Source: the human T2T-CHM13v2.0 reference genome, Homo sapiens
Strand: one strand, 5' to 3'
DNA: 64,000 bases
Assembly (NCBI RefSeq): GCF_009914755.1
Contig: NC_060929.1
The notes under the pieces are model-generated. The model had not been told where the DNA came from, did no database searches, and saw nothing but the letters and a program-made list of their open reading frames with translations. The translations under genes were made by a program, and so were the position numbers. How positions within the stretch are numbered: the stretch's first letter is position 1; the number at the start of each line of letters is the position of its first letter. Shown here piece by piece: positions 28,143 through 42,960 of this stretch.

Positions 28143-28428
28143 TTTTTTGTTTGTCTGAGACAGGGTCTCACTCTGTCATCCAGGCTGGAGCACAGTGGCC
28201 CAATTATGGCTCACTGCAGCCGTGACCTCCCTAAGCTCAAGTGATCCTCCCACCTCAGCCTCCCAAGTAGCTGGGACTACAGGCACGTGCCACCACACCC
28301 CTCTAAATTTTGTAGAACAGGATTTTGCCTTGTTGCCCAGGCTTGTCTCAAACTCTTGGGCTCAAGTGATCCACCTTCCTCAGCGTCCCAAAGTGCTGGG
28401 AGTACACACATAAGTCACTGCACCCAGC
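28143..28428 (-). mobile_element. AluJ
   Basis: GAGACAGGGTCTCACTCTG...GCTCAAGTGATCCTCCCACCTCAGCC J-type diagnostics. Confidence 0.92.
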
Positions 28429-28526
28429 TCTCAATACTCTTTTTAGCCTTTATAAATTAACATGTAATCTCACAATATTTATATTTCAGCCAAGTTTTCT
28501 GTATTGCTTAACTCATAATTTTAAAG

Positions 28527-28735
28527 CAATGGTTGTCAACTACTGGCGATTTTGCTCCCCAGGGAACATTTGGCAATACCTGGAGGCATCTCTGACTGTT
28601 ACAACTGGGAGGTGCTACTGGTGTCTAACAGGTAGAAGCCAGGGATGCCACTAACATCCTGCAATGCACAGGACAGTCCCACAACAAAGAATGGTCTGGC
28701 CCAAATGCAAATAGTGCTGAGGTTTTGAAACCCTG
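28527..28735. mobile_element. MER20 (hAT-Charlie)
   Basis: CAATGGTTGTCAAC...GAAACCCTG ends; CAGGGAACATTTGGCAAT and GGTAGAAGCCAGGGATGC signatures. Confidence 0.92.
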
Positions 28736-28988
28736 TTTTACGGAGTTGTCCAATGAATGATTTTCTGGTAATCATGCCTTTTTATGGCTCGATTTCTGTT
28801 CTAACTGTTCTATTTGATGCATAAATGACTCTGGGCTTTGTGTTTATAGAAGACACTGCATCAACGCAGAGGGCTGACATCATCCCTCAGAGTCTCAGAG
28901 GATGTGAGCCATGTATTCTTTGGGCTTGTTGATATTATTACTCTTACTATAGACACAACATGAGAGCTCATTCTAGACATACACTGTC

Positions 28989-29370
28989 TGTATTAGTCAT
29001 TCCCGCATTGCGATAAAGAACTACTGAGACTGGGTAATTTATAAAGAAAAGAGGTTTAATTGGCTCACAGTTCCACAGGCTGTACAGGAAGCATGGCAGA
29101 GGAAGCCTCAGGAAACTTACAATCTTGGTGGTTGGCGAAGGGGAAGCAGATATACCTTACGTGGCCGGAGCAGGAGGAAGAGAGAGAAGGGGGAGGTGCT
29201 ACACACTTTTAAACAGCCAGATTGTGTGAGAACTCACTAACTGTCATGAGAACAGCAAGAGGGAAGTTCACCCCCATGATCCAGTCACCTCCCATCAGGC
29301 CTATCCTCCAACAGTGGGGATTACAATTCGACATGAGATTTGGGTGGGGACACAGAGCCAAACCATATCA
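28989..29370 (-). mobile_element. MSTA-like MaLR solo LTR
   Basis: TGTATTAGTC...GAGCCAAACCATATCA; perfect TSD CTGTC (28984-88, 29371-75). Confidence 0.93.
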
Positions 29371-29757
29371 CTGTCCAACTGTGTTACATATTCAAATGTG
29401 CATAATGGTACTGCATGGTGGGTGCGGTTTTCCCCACAGAGTATTGTGGATAAGGAATCTGAATAGCACAGAGGTTAAATAACTTTCCTAAAATTGCGTA
29501 GCTGGTAAGTAAATGAACCAGAATGCACATTCCAAGTACATACTCCATTCAACATACCCCAGGTATAATTAGCAGGAGAAACATAGAGTCCTACATCCTG
29601 CCCTGGTCCTTTGCTGCCCTAAGAATAGGGTTTTTCCTGAAATAAAGTAATGCACTTCTCAGGTTAGATATAACTAAGTAGCCCATTGGGTAGGAGGTTT
29701 GAGAAGACATGTTCTCATTACACAGAAAAATATACTTTGAACAGTATACACAGAGTA

Positions 29758-30400
<643 letters not shown>

Positions 30401-31452
30401 TAGGCTTTTGAAGATGAGACAGTGAAATCCCACTATCCTCATTATTATGCAATCAAATCACTCTGTGAGACTAATTAAGGATTTTGAAGTATGTTGTGTT
30501 TCTCAGAATCAAATGTGAAGAAAGGTGGTCTCATGGCTTTCATAAGAAAGGGCTGAGCCTGTTCCAACCATATAAGGGCAAAGCCTGAAAATGACCCGTC
30601 CCTGGAAGCTGCTCAGCTTCTCCTAGCACCACACATCGGGTTACAGCAGACACACTCCTCTTAAAACAGGGCTCCTCAAACTCCAAAGCACACAAATCTC
30701 CCTGCCTAGCTGATGCTCGGAAAGAAGAGTGGAGGTATCTCCTCACCCTATCCCACTTCACCCCCTTTCTGAAACTAAGTTGGGCGAGAGACAAGGAAAG
30801 GAACGTACGGCGGGAGAGCACCTCCGCCCGTCAAACCACATTCTCCCAAACCCTCCTCACCCTCTCCTCCACTCCACGGTGGACGTGGAAGACAATCTAC
30901 TTGGGCTTTGGGATACTTTACATATTTTCATTATGTACCCTTTCAACTGATATTTTTTATTTGCCCAGTCCCATATACTGTATACAAGTATAGAAGTACA
31001 TTTATATAATAAGCATAATATAATAAATAAACAAGCATATACATTTTGAAGTTATTTGCTTTATAGTTTTTGGGAGTTCAGAAGAGAAATATTTCCTGGC
31101 TTTTTCCCAGCATTCTAGAATAGAATGTACACCTCCCCCTCCCTAGCAGTGCATCAGAGGCAAACACCCTAGTTCTTCAACCTCTTCCTAAAACCTCACA
31201 GATCAAGGCTTCTGCCAAGGTTCCTCCAGAATTTACATCCTTTTGGCCTCCAACTCCAATTTTATTCTGTAAAGAATCAAATATAGCTTCCCTGTCAGCC
31301 ACAAGCTGTGGCCGTGCTTCTCAGATATTCCCTGCTCATCAACATGCCCAGTCTCCATGCTCCATCCCACCTCCTGAGGGAACGGACCCCTACCTTAACC
31401 ATCCTACATCTAAACAAACGAAGCTTAAGAAACCCAGAAAAGACAAGGAACC

Positions 31453-31960
31453 AGTATTAGTTGCTTCTTGCTGCTGCAACGCACACCACAAAACACATTA
31501 CCACAAAACAATACAAACTTATTCTCGTACAGATTTATAGGTCAGAGGTCAGAGGTGATTACAGTGGGCTAAAAATCAGCCTGTCGGTGTGCTTGTGTTC
31601 TTTCTACAGGCTCTAGAGGAGAAGCCACTTCCTTACCATCCCCAGCTTCCAGAGGTCACCTGTTTTCTTGGCCCCTTCCGCCATTTTCAAAGCCAACAGT
31701 GTAGCATGTTTAAATCTCTCTCTCTTTGTCTCGGACTCATGCCTCACTGTCCCATCTTCTCTGACCCACCTGCCTCCCTCTTTTAAGGTCTAAGGACCTT
31801 TGTGGTTATATTGGACCCACCCAGATGATCCAGGATAATCTCCACAGCTCAAGATCCTTAACCATATCTGCGGTCTCTTTTGCCATGTGAGGTATTAATA
31901 ACATAGTTCTGTGGATTGGGACGTGGGCATATTTGGAAGGCCTTTGTTCTGCCTGCTGCA
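31453..31960 (-). mobile_element. MLT1C/D-like MaLR LTR
   Basis: GGCTCTAGAGGAGAA, CCCAGATGATCCAGGATAATCTCC and CTTTTGCCATGTGAGGTA signatures. Confidence 0.82.
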
Positions 31961-32120
31961 GATCCCCAGTGCCAAGGTTCAGGAAGTGAATCAGCTGGAG
32001 AAGGAAGCTGCATTCACCTTGATTCCAAACTTTGTGGAATGGAGAAAAGTATGTCCCAGGGTCAGACACCCGTGGACTCCCACCCCAGCTTTGCCAATAA
32101 CCCAGTTGTACAATCCTAGG

Positions 32121-32466
32121 CAGTGGTCCCCAACCTTTTTGGCACTAGGAACTGGTTTTGTGGAAGAAAATTTTTCCACAGATGTGGTGGGGTGAGCAGA
32201 GGATATGGTTTCAGGATGAAACTGTCCCACCTCAGATCATCATGCGTTAGCTACATACTCAAAAGGAGCACGCAACCTGCATCCCTCACATGCGCAGTTC
32301 ACAATAGGGTTCGCCCTCCTATGAGAATCTAATGCCTCTAATACAGGAGGCGGAGCTCAGGCTACAATGCTGGCTCACCTGCCACTCACCTCCTGCTGTG
32401 TGGCCGGGTTCCTAACAGGCTGCAGACTGGTACTGGTCCATGGCCCCAGAGGTTGGGGAACCCCTG
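32121..32466. mobile_element. MER1B (hAT-Charlie) inserted in a MIR
   Basis: CAGTGGTCCCCAACCTTTTTGGCAC...GGTTGGGGAACCCCTG; TSD ATCCTAGG/ATCTTAGG; MIR continues on both sides. Confidence 0.93.
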
Positions 32467-35017
32467 ATCTTAGGCATGTTATTTGATCTCTCCAAGATTT
32501 ATTTCCTTTCCTGTAATGTGGGGAAAATAATGCATCTCTCATAGGGCATAAAAAGTACAAAAGTACCTTATATAATGATAGACTCTTAGTAGATGTTCAA
32601 TACAGGTTAGTTCTTTCTCCATTCTGACACTGACAGGTCTAATTACCCGTCATACTAACTAGCACTTGCGTGCCATTTCCAAGGGTACCAACTGCCCAAA
32701 CTATATCATTTTATTTAATCTACAACACAGCCCTCAAGCTCTACCCGATTCTCCAAAACCTGAGTCCGATCAAGGTGAAGAGACTCAGTCAGTGATAAAG
32801 GAAGAAAGGGCAAAACAAAGACTGCAAGCCTACTGGTTTGACTCCAAATCTGGTGCTTTACTACCCTGGCTAACAGACCTCTTGTTATCCAGTTCTGGTC
32901 ACCATACTGGTTAGAAATTAAATGTTTGGCCAAAATAGATTGGAGGGTAGGAAATGAAGCATATTGCCTGTTATCTTTGTGAAGTTTGCAGAAAAGCAAA
33001 ACAGAATGAGGAACTGGAGGCTCAGGAAAATATTTTCTCTCTGGAGCTGTTAGGCATTTGTAACAAGTTGTTAAGGCAGCTTGGCTCTTACGACTGTATG
33101 GCTGGTGCCAATTTGGAAGCTTTTATAGGTCTCTAGTTCCCCTGATATTATTGGCTAAACCAATAAGTGGTTAATTTTTTTATGTAAAAAGAATTCTAAC
33201 TCTGAAAACACTTGTGAGAATTCAAGAAACTCCGGAGTCCCACCTAAGGATTTTTTAGTGAAAGAATGAATTATGACAAAGAGAAATGCAATTGTGGACC
33301 ATCATAGTAGCTGAATAAACATTTCTCAGTACTTAATGTCACAGAACATAGGAAGAAGTTTTGTGTTTTTGTTGTTGTTGCTCTTAATTGGGATTATTAA
33401 GGAGCAGCATAATTACGGGCTGAGGCTTTTTGCCCTTGGTGACGTAAGGGACTTTGCTCTCCATTCTCCTGGCTGGTGATTATCAGGCCAGTGACTTGGA
33501 TCCTGGTATGACAATTAAGATTGAGTAGTGTCATCTGTTTCATAATTAAATTCTATCTTCCATATCCTTTGAATGCTGTATGGGCGTTTAATTGGCGGAT
33601 GCTATTTCTGCTGCCACTGTGGCGTGTCTGAACAACAAAGTCAAAATAACAGTGATTCCGCTCCTTGCAGAATATCCCAGTTGAAGAGAATTTGCTTTCT
33701 CTTTGGCACAGAAAGAGCCCTGAAGTCCCAATTTAGACACAGCAGTTAAGAAGTTGAGGGCCTCTGAATTCCTGCAGGTTCTCACTCAAGGTGATATTTA
33801 GGGTCTACCATTGCAAATTAAAAGATCAACTTAACTTGCATGGGAGAAAAGTCATCTCTGTCCTGTAGATGACTTCTCCAAAGACATAGAGAACTCACTA
33901 GGGGATCATACACAGGTTTGTCTGTATAACCATCACAGGCAGAGAATATCTTTTTTTAAAAGTCTGGCTCATTTTCCTTCACTTACTAGAAAAAGAGTCT
34001 CTGAGAGTATGTATTAAAGTATTTATGTTAAACACCGTTAAAATACACTTCCAGTGTATTTATTAACAGAGAATTCAGAAGCATTAGGCCTCCTCTACAG
34101 ATGTATCTTCCTGTTGCATCTTTAAGAAAGCAGCGGAAGATGTTTAAGACCATGAGTAATGTACTCAGTGAAAAATGAGAAAAGAAACTTATAGGCAAAG
34201 CAAAGAGAAACAAATCCTCCGTGCAAAAATGAAAATGCTATTTTTTTAAAAACTAACCTATGATTTAGAAACCATCTGCAGAATAATCTTGATTGTGTCC
34301 TCAAGTAGAACAACAAATCCATTGAGTTTAATCAAACTCAAAATAATTCTAAAGAGAAATTAGAGATGTATACAAAAGAAGCTAAACAATACAGTATAGC
34401 ATCCAGGTAAAAATATTATATGCTAATTAATAAACAATTGTAGGGGACTTCATGAACTGTGAATGAAAAGATTAGTGTGAATCTTTATGCAAAATGCTTA
34501 AATCCATGTTAAGACGAACAAACTCTTTAAAATGTAAAACCTACACATATAAAAATATGCAGGAAACACAATATGCTCTTGTAAATATTCTTCTAATCAC
34601 ATGATTATATTTTAATTATAGTTTTCATTTGTTGAAAGTATATTCAAATGCAATATTTTTCTTTTCTTCTGGATAACAGTCTTCACTGCCTTATTTTCAT
34701 CTTAGGGTGATTCAGCCTATAATGATTTAGAGGCCAAATGTTCAAACTCTTTTTAACAGATTACTCACGATGCAATTAAAATTAAATTATGTGCATAAAA
34801 TTGATATTTTAATCAAATCATTGCGTATCTCCATAGTGGTTTAGCAATAAGGAGAAAAAGACTGGCCTGAAATTCCCAGGATTTTGTCTTCCTTGCCCTT
34901 TGGGAATTTCTTTCCTTTTTAGTATCCTTAACAGATTACTGTTTGGCGGGGTCAGAATTCCCATGAATCATATTTAAAGCAGTTCCAGCTTATTTTGAAT
35001 ATTTCATGGACGCTTCC

Positions 35018-35421
35018 TGTCTCAGTCCATTTTCTGTTGCTCGTAACAGAATGCCTGAAACTGGGTAATTTATAAAGAAAAGGAATTTATTTCTACAATT
35101 TGGAGAGCTGAGAAGTCCAAGGTCAAGGGGACATATCTGGTGAGGGCTTTCTTGCTGGTAGAGACTCTATGCAGAGTCCCAAGGTGGCACAGGCCACCAC
35201 ATGGCAAGGAGGCTGAGTGTGCTAGCTCAGATCTTTCTTCCTCTTCTTATAAAGCCTCCAGCTTTACTCCCCATGATAACTCACTAATTCATTAACCCAC
35301 TATTTCATTAATCCATTAATCCATGCATGAACCTCTTAAAGGTCCCACGTCTCAATAATGCCACACTGGGGATTAAATTTCAACATAAGTTTTGGAGGGG
35401 ATAAATATTCAAACCATAGCA
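35018..35421 (-). mobile_element. MST (MSTB/C-like) MaLR solo LTR
   Basis: TGTCTCAGTCCATT...TTCAAACCATAGCA; perfect TSD CTTCC. Confidence 0.9.
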
Positions 35422-36369
35422 CTTCCTCTGTAGCTCAGCCTCTAACATAAAGAGATAAAAGGGCATTACCATGTCCAGTTTTAGACCTTTGCTCTTAGAA
35501 GAAAAATATTCACTTAAGGAGTAGAGTAAGCCTACTATAATTATGTTTCTTTTCAAATCACCCTGATTTGTTTCTCTTGTTCTGCAGGAATTATTTTGTA
35601 TCTTCCCATTCTTGACCTCTATGTCAAGTGACTGTTTCAGACTTCACAACTTAGGCATTACCATTTAGCTTCTACTTCTGGTCTTACACTACTTTGTTTC
35701 TCACTCTTTAATTAGAAATGGTTAATTTGACTTCATGTCTTAAGGCAAGGAGAAAATGAGTCTTAAACAGTATTAAGCTCCCATAAATATTTCACTTTAT
35801 GCTAATTCCTGTGCTTCCAGCTGAGCCGTTTGAAGTTCTCAAAAAAGTGTTTCTGTTCCCCTCAATTAAATACATAACTGGAAAACAGTAAAATAATTAT
35901 CAGTTTTACTACCCTGCACTTTATTTTCCAAGCTTTCATTCTGGACGTTTTAAATTTTTCTTCCACATTTTTCTTCCACTAACCCAACCCAGTGTCATAG
36001 GTGCTGCCTCCAGCCTGGTTAGACTCTAAGACCCAGGCTTTGGAGGAATCTTAGAGCTCCCTCAAGTGGACATACGTTTAATGCACCCTTAATCTCTACA
36101 AAACGTTTTTGGCTGCACCCTCGGTCCAGGACAGGAGTATTTAACTGTCCCAATTTAGAAACATAAGTAGTTTCCTCTTTAAGCTAAAAATATTCTGAAA
36201 AGAAAGAAAAGTTCAAACAAGTTTGCAAAGCAAATGGATTTGAGTGGCCAATGAAAACATATCAAGTCAGGCTTTTTAGTTATTGGTTTTGCTTGTGAGA
36301 ATGTAACTTGGAATTATTAATTACAATATCATCTATTCATTTGGATAAAATGTTATCTGTTGAGGAAAT

Positions 36370-36640
36370 TATAAATGCAACACTTATATGGCACTTATGC
36401 TATTGCCACATGTACCATACACCAGGCATTGTTCTAAGAGTTTTCCATATATTAATTCATTTCATCCTCACAACATTCCTCCAAAATAGGTCCTTTAATA
36501 CTCCCCGTTGTACAGATGAAGAAACTGAGTCACAGAGAAGTTAAATAACCTTTCAAAGGTTGCAGAGCTAGAATATGGAAGAGCCAGTGTGCAAACCCAG
36601 GCAGCCCAAAGTTCACTATATCATGCTGTTTCTTACCATG
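36370..36640 (-). mobile_element. MIR SINE
   Basis: ACAGATGAAGAAACTGAGTCACAGAGAAGTTAAATAACC core. Confidence 0.85.
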
Positions 36641-36894
36641 CAATGAACAACTGAATATACAAATACACACACACGCGTACATAGACATATCTCTATAAAC
36701 ACACTTATATATGCACATACGCCTTCACATGTTACACATCCACACACATATACACACAAATGCACACATATACACATACAGAGAGTATATATTATAAGGA
36801 GCATATTTTACACAAAAAAATAAAGTATAAAAGCTAAAAGAGAAGAGAGATAAATTACGAACATTTTAATCAAAGCTTTAAAAACTTTACTTAT

Positions 36895-37124
36895 CCAACC
36901 TGGGCAACATGGCAATGCCCCGTCTCTACAAAAAAAAAAAAATACAAAAATTAACCGGGCATAGTTGTGCACACCTGTAGTCCCAGCTACTCAGGAGGCC
37001 GAGGTGGGAGGATCGCTTGAGCCTGGGAGGTGGAGGTTGCCATGAGCCAAGATCATGCCACTGCACTCCAGCTGGCATGACAGAGTGGGACTCTGTCTCA
37101 AAAAAAAAAACAAAAAACAAAACA
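36895..37124 (+). mobile_element. 5'-truncated AluJ
   Basis: Starts in the middle of the left arm; TSD AAAACTTTACTTAT/AAAACTTTGCTTAT. Confidence 0.92.
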
Positions 37125-37179
37125 AAAACTTTGCTTATCATATTTCCTTGTTATTGCTTATCATTACTCATTAAAATTT

Positions 37180-37572
37180 CTGGTCATCTCATCTCTTACT
37201 CTAATTCACTTACTCTGACCTTGCTTCATTAAGACCATTGAAAGTTTCTTTCCTGTGTGGCTACGACATTTGCTGTTTTTTCTACTGGAAACTTCCGCCA
37301 GTTCTTCCCATGACTGGCTCATTGTCATGATTCCAGTTTCTTCACGGAGAAGTCCTCCTTGACTTTATAAAACACCCACCGCCTCACTCTCTACTACTCA
37401 GCATCCCTTTACCCATTCCACTTTACCTCCATAGGCCTCACCAATGATTCAAAAATATATTACCTGACTATCATTCACTTGCTTCGAGTGTGTCTCCTCT
37501 ACTAGAACGTAAATTCCATGAGGCAGGACATGTTAGGAACTCAAAAGATAATTCTCAGTGAATGATTGAATT
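37180..37572 (+). mobile_element. L2 LINE 3' fragment
   Basis: TGTCTCCTCTACTAGAACGTAAATTCCATGAGGCAGGA...GTGAATGATTGAAT. Confidence 0.75.
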
Positions 37573-40500
37573 ATTACATGTTCCATTCTGATGGCTTTTG
37601 AACAAATGAAAAATTGTGATAATAGTCTATATCTCAAATACATTTTTTCATAATGTTTTTCTGTTTAAAGTGTGTTCTTAATACTTTGACTAAGTATCAA
37701 ATTTTAAAGTCTGAAAATATTTAAATGTGTAGCCTCATAACAATTGTATTTAAAGGTTTTTTTTATTCTTTATTAACATGTTACTCTTGCCTGATGTTGT
37801 AACAAGAACTGATGATAAACTAGATGTTTAAGTACATGCAAAAATTGTGCTAAAATAGTACCAGAAAAGAAAATTTGTAAATCTGTAAATTTCTATAAAC
37901 TGGGATAAAATCTTAAAAGACTTTTTCTGGTTTTATTCATGGACTGTGTCACCATTTTAGAATCTTATCACATATATGGAGTGTATGTCTGCTAATTAAG
38001 TCATATTTAGCAAAACCATCAGAGATTGATAATGGGAAGGTATCCACAGAGTAACTACCCTAAAAGAGTGTTACTAATAACTAGATGCCATTTTCCTCAT
38101 ACTTGCCATTCAGCATCCTATACAGCTGATAGGTGGGGAATCCCATCTCCACCTCCACTCCACCACCAGGTTCTCACTGTAAATCATAGAATGTCCACAT
38201 TCCTTCCTTTCCACTTCTTTGCTTCTCTTCTGTGACTCTTCTCACTCCCTACCACAAGTATTTCATCAGTTTTTATAAAAATAGACCTTTCTTCTTTTCT
38301 AGGCTCCAGACCTTCTTTCTTAGGCCTCTATTATTATATTGATTAGCTCAAATTATATACATAAACATATACATACATATGCATGACACATATGCATACA
38401 TATATACATGCATGCACATATGCATGTGTATATAGGTTTGCACATATACATACATACATATATACTCTTTATGATATTGAAGCTACTTTAAAATTAATTT
38501 CTTGCTCTATTAGCCTAAGTAACTCAAAGCATCCTGTCCCCAAGCACTCCATTATCCACAAGTGTGTAATATGAAGGCCTCCCTGTGGGGGTGAGGGAGT
38601 TTGCCATACTGTACTCAATATCATCAATTAATAGATGGTTCAACCTATTTTAGATTTTGAGATACTGAGCGAGTTGCCAAATATCCAGCTGAGAAGACCA
38701 TGGGGTAGAAGACAATTTTTGAATCACCCATTCAATCCTAGATCCTACTACCATATAATCAATTTCTTTAGGGTTTAAATATATTTTTATGATACCATAT
38801 AATTTCATCTTTTCTATTCCTTTTTCTTTTTTTTTTTTTTTTTTGCCTTGTATGCCATTCTTTCAAGCCCAAAGTTAGAAAAATTCCATTTTTTTCAGTC
38901 AATCCATTACATCAGAGGCAACACCAACAAGAGTAATTTTGTGATTTGAGTGGCTTTTGTGTGTCCATAAGAAAATGTTGTTTTGTGATTTCATTTCAAA
39001 CTCGACAGTTATATAGCTATCCTCCATTCTAATACATTTAGAGTCTTCTTCTATTTGATTTTTACTGTTCTCCTTTATTCTTTTGTCTCCAGTTTGCTCT
39101 AATGACAGTGAAAACTAAGTACTCATACAATTTCTCTGCAAGCAGCTACTGACCACGTGGCAGGAAACAGCGAATGTTATGCATGACTTACTACACAAAC
39201 CCTTTACTTTAGAGAAACAAGCCCCAAATAAGTAATTTATTTGTAGCAATAAAACCCAAATGAATAAATCTTGTTTTCAGAGAACAAATGAAAGACAATC
39301 TCATTTCCAAACATATGTTCTGGTTTTTTAACCCCAAATGAAAGGCCAAAAACTGAATATACTGAAACACAGGCAAGAAGCAATACTTTAGCCACATTCT
39401 AGAATATTGTTTTAATTATGGAATTTAAATTTATTATAAAATAATTGTTTTACAATTTTTACAATTTTTCTTTTCCTTTGATCAGAAAGGAATTGTGGAC
39501 ATTTTGAGACATTCATTAACCATATTTGTATTAATTTATGCCCATTGTTTGTACTCATACGATTGATATTTGCATTTCTATTTGCTTTTAATTGCCAATA
39601 ATTTATTCTTTTTTCCATTCAGTTTTTGAACTATAGAAAACATTTGTCAGATTTTTTAATGAGAACCAGATGCCTAAAAATATATAACAATTTATTATGC
39701 GGTATAAATTTTTATTAATGGTGTATATACAAATAGCAGTTCTACACTGTGGCAAATGATTTACATTTTCTATATTCAGTTGGCTAAATTTAAGTAGTTT
39801 TGTTAATCACAGGAAAATTAATGGGAAAATTTGAAGACATTCCTAAATAATGACAATATTCACATCAATTATCCTCATTGTACTCTATAGTTTACTAATA
39901 ACCACCTCAATCAAGGTGTCTTTCACTGAAACAAATCACTCGAGTTTATTTCAGTTACAGTTATATGACTCATTGAAGGATCATAATATAGTCCTCTAAT
40001 TGAGAAGGGGTGGGCACACAATATGAATGAAGGTGATGGGAAGCAGAGAAAAGGAGGCACATTTCTCTCCGATCGTCTTAGTTCCCCAAGGTGTCCTTCC
40101 CAGGCCCTGCCTCGTGGTGAGCTCTGGCACACCTTTGTTGCCACGTGCTGCATCCTACCACAAACACCATTAAATCCTCTCCAACTTTGGCTGGCCTCTC
40201 TGCTATTAATCTACTGGAACATTACTGGGGATTTAAAAAAAAGGAGGGCTCTGCTTGGGAGGGATTCCCCGCCCCCCATCTCCCAGTGTCATTTTGTCCT
40301 CTCTCTGAACTTGAGTGTGCTGGCTGTGAACCTGTTTTGATCAGCAGAATTTGAAAATCTGGTCCCTCATGCTGGGATTTAATGTCAATATTTGTGCCCA
40401 ACATCTGAACGGAGAAGGGGGTCCCCAAGCACTGTTCTCTCCTCTAACTGTCTTTCATCACAGTTACTGCCTTATTCGATGTGATTTCAGATGCTTGGGG

Positions 40501-41379
40501 AGTGCTGTGGAATCATGCTAATAGGATGGTAAGGAGCAAAATTTGTCTCATTTTGGAAGAAAATTCACATAGATTTGTACGTTTAAGAATACATTGCCAC
40601 TTAGCCATATTTTTGAACATGCAGAAAAATAACTTTTTGGCAAGATAGTATGTTTTTAAGAATGAATGAATCCATTTTGTTTATCTAAACCTCACCGTGT
40701 TTCAGAGAGGACAGCTGAACGAGGCAGGTTAATGTAAGGAATAATATTTAGTAAATAGTTAGCAATCAAAGACATGTCATTTGGAAAAGAATGAATCAGC
40801 CACCAGGTTTAGGGTCCACGTTATCCCAAGGCTAAAAGGAGCTCTCGGTAGACTCTCAAGGGCATTGCACGAGGTAAGCAAATCTGTGTCCTTAAAAGGA
40901 TGGAGGTGTCAGCAGATGGCGATAGCCACATGGTTTCCCACATGCTATCAGCACCCTAGATCATATGGCGAACACTTTGAACCACGCTATCCACAAGCTA
41001 TTTATTTATTGTTCAGAGAGATCATACTTCATGTTGCTCACATCAGGGTCAAGGGCAGGCTGAAGGCAGAGTCCAGTCTCTATCTTATGTAAGGAGGTTT
41101 ATTCCTCACCAACAGTAATAAATCTGAGCCTCTCTCCATATAGAATCTCCAACCCTGAACTCAGCATTTTTGATAGGTTGACCCCCAGACAACCTTAAAC
41201 CATATAATTAAAAATTGACTTTTCATCCCTGAGACAGAGGTAAGAGAATGGATATGACCATTTTCCCCCCAATATTTCTTTGTGTGTGATATACATGTCA
41301 CATCCTCAATTCTTTTCACACCTTGTTATTCCTTTCACATTTTTTTTCCGGGAGACAAAGGAGAAGCAGTGAAGTAGCA

Positions 41380-41610
41380 GTGGAAGTAGCAGCGAACAGA
41401 ATGCATTGCTGACCCTGTATTATGCATTGTGCAAATGCAGGCAGCCTATTCAACTTCTTGCAAACTCTGGAGTCAGTTTCCTCCTCTGTCAATGGAGATC
41501 ATGAGGTCTACCCTGCAGGATTGTTGCAATAGTTAAGTATTCCAAAGATTTTTTAATCCCCTTCCCTAATGCCTAGTACCTAAAAGATGGCCAATGGATG
41601 TTAATTCCTT
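41380..41610 (+). mobile_element. MIR SINE
   Basis: TCAGTTTCCTCCTCTGTCAATGGAGAT core. Confidence 0.7.
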
Positions 41611-42199
41611 TCTCTTCCTTTGGCTCTTCTCTTTAATGAAAACTTGAAGGAAGAAGAAAAGACATTCTCTGAAATTAGGACCATCTAAATCTTTGTTCAG
41701 ATATTCTTGCAATTTTTGCTTTTTACACAAGTAACAAATTGATTTTTTAAATTATCTTAAGGGGTACATCTAGGGATTTTTTAGTCTGGTATGTAATTGT
41801 CAGAGGGTGGCAGCTGATGATAATTTAATCAAATTCTATTGTGCATTTTAAGTGTTCTTTAAAACAATCCAATGGGAGAGCCAGAATAATGCCCTGTGCT
41901 CTCTGGTGAGAACTGAAATGTACCCATTACAAAGTATATTTTACTATTTCAAGGAAAGATAGTCCATGCATAGGAGTGGCCTTCCCTGTCACTGTCTCCC
42001 CAGACCCTCTCACTCCAAACTGCTCTACTTTCCATGGAGCTATCTTGGTTCAGCTGTTCCCTTGAAAGGAGACAGAAAGAACTGTCTTTCTAAATTGTTT
42101 TTTTCTTCTTCTTTTGTTTTCACTATCGTAATCCTAACAATTACTGCAATTATGGCAGTAAGAAAGTAGTGAAAGAATCATATGTGTTTTAAAGAGAAT

Positions 42200-42387
42200 G
42201 GAAACCATAAGTTTTAAAGTAAAAATAGATGTAAAAGTTTTTTTAAAATAGTGAGATATTTTACTTTGTTTTGTGCTGAGTCTTCAAAATCTGGTGTGTA
42301 TGTTTTGCACATCTCAGTTCAGACTAGCAATATCTCAAGTGCCAATAGACACGTGTAGCTAATAGCTACTGAACTGGACAACATAGC
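42200..42387. mobile_element. MER3-like hAT element (partial)
   Basis: TCTTCAAAATCTGGTGTGTAT...CACGTGTAGCTAATAGCTACTGAACTGGACA. Confidence 0.8.
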
Positions 42388-42769
42388 TCTGGAAAGTTTT
42401 GCCTCTTCTCTATACTGTGTGTATGTCAGCTTTTTCCTAACTTTGTTCTTACTGGCAATGTAGGATATTCAGAAGTTAAAAGCTAGTCTGAGTTTTTGAT
42501 CATACATTTACTTCTCTATATATGTTTAGGAAAAAGTAACACACTTAAGTAGTCAAATGCCCAAATACAATTTTGACCAATGGCTAGAACAACCATGCCA
42601 GTTCATCCTTCATAAAATAATGGGGAATGATATTGCTGGTTAGGGCATCTATTTCAATGTATCGTGGCTGTGTGGTTCCGGAAATCATAACTGTTCCTCC
42701 GCAGGGCATCATACGGTAGATACATATTGAAATCTGCTAAATGTGAAAATTTGGAAAAATAGTAGGAGA

Positions 42770-42960
42770 ATCATAGAATTTCATAGCTCTAAAAGTCCCT
42801 AGAGGATATTGTGTCCAGCCTTCTTATTTTACAGTTAAAGAAACTGAGGCCTAGAGAAGTTAAGAAACTTGCCAAGGACCACAGAACAAATTAGGAACAC
42901 AGAAGAAATAGAAACTGGATTTCTTGGCTTCAAGTTCAGACTTATTTTATTGTACACATA
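42770..42960 (-). mobile_element. MIR/MIR3 SINE
   Basis: TTTTACAGTTAAAGAAACTGAGGCCTAGAGAAGTTAAGAAACTTGCCAAGG. Confidence 0.8.
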
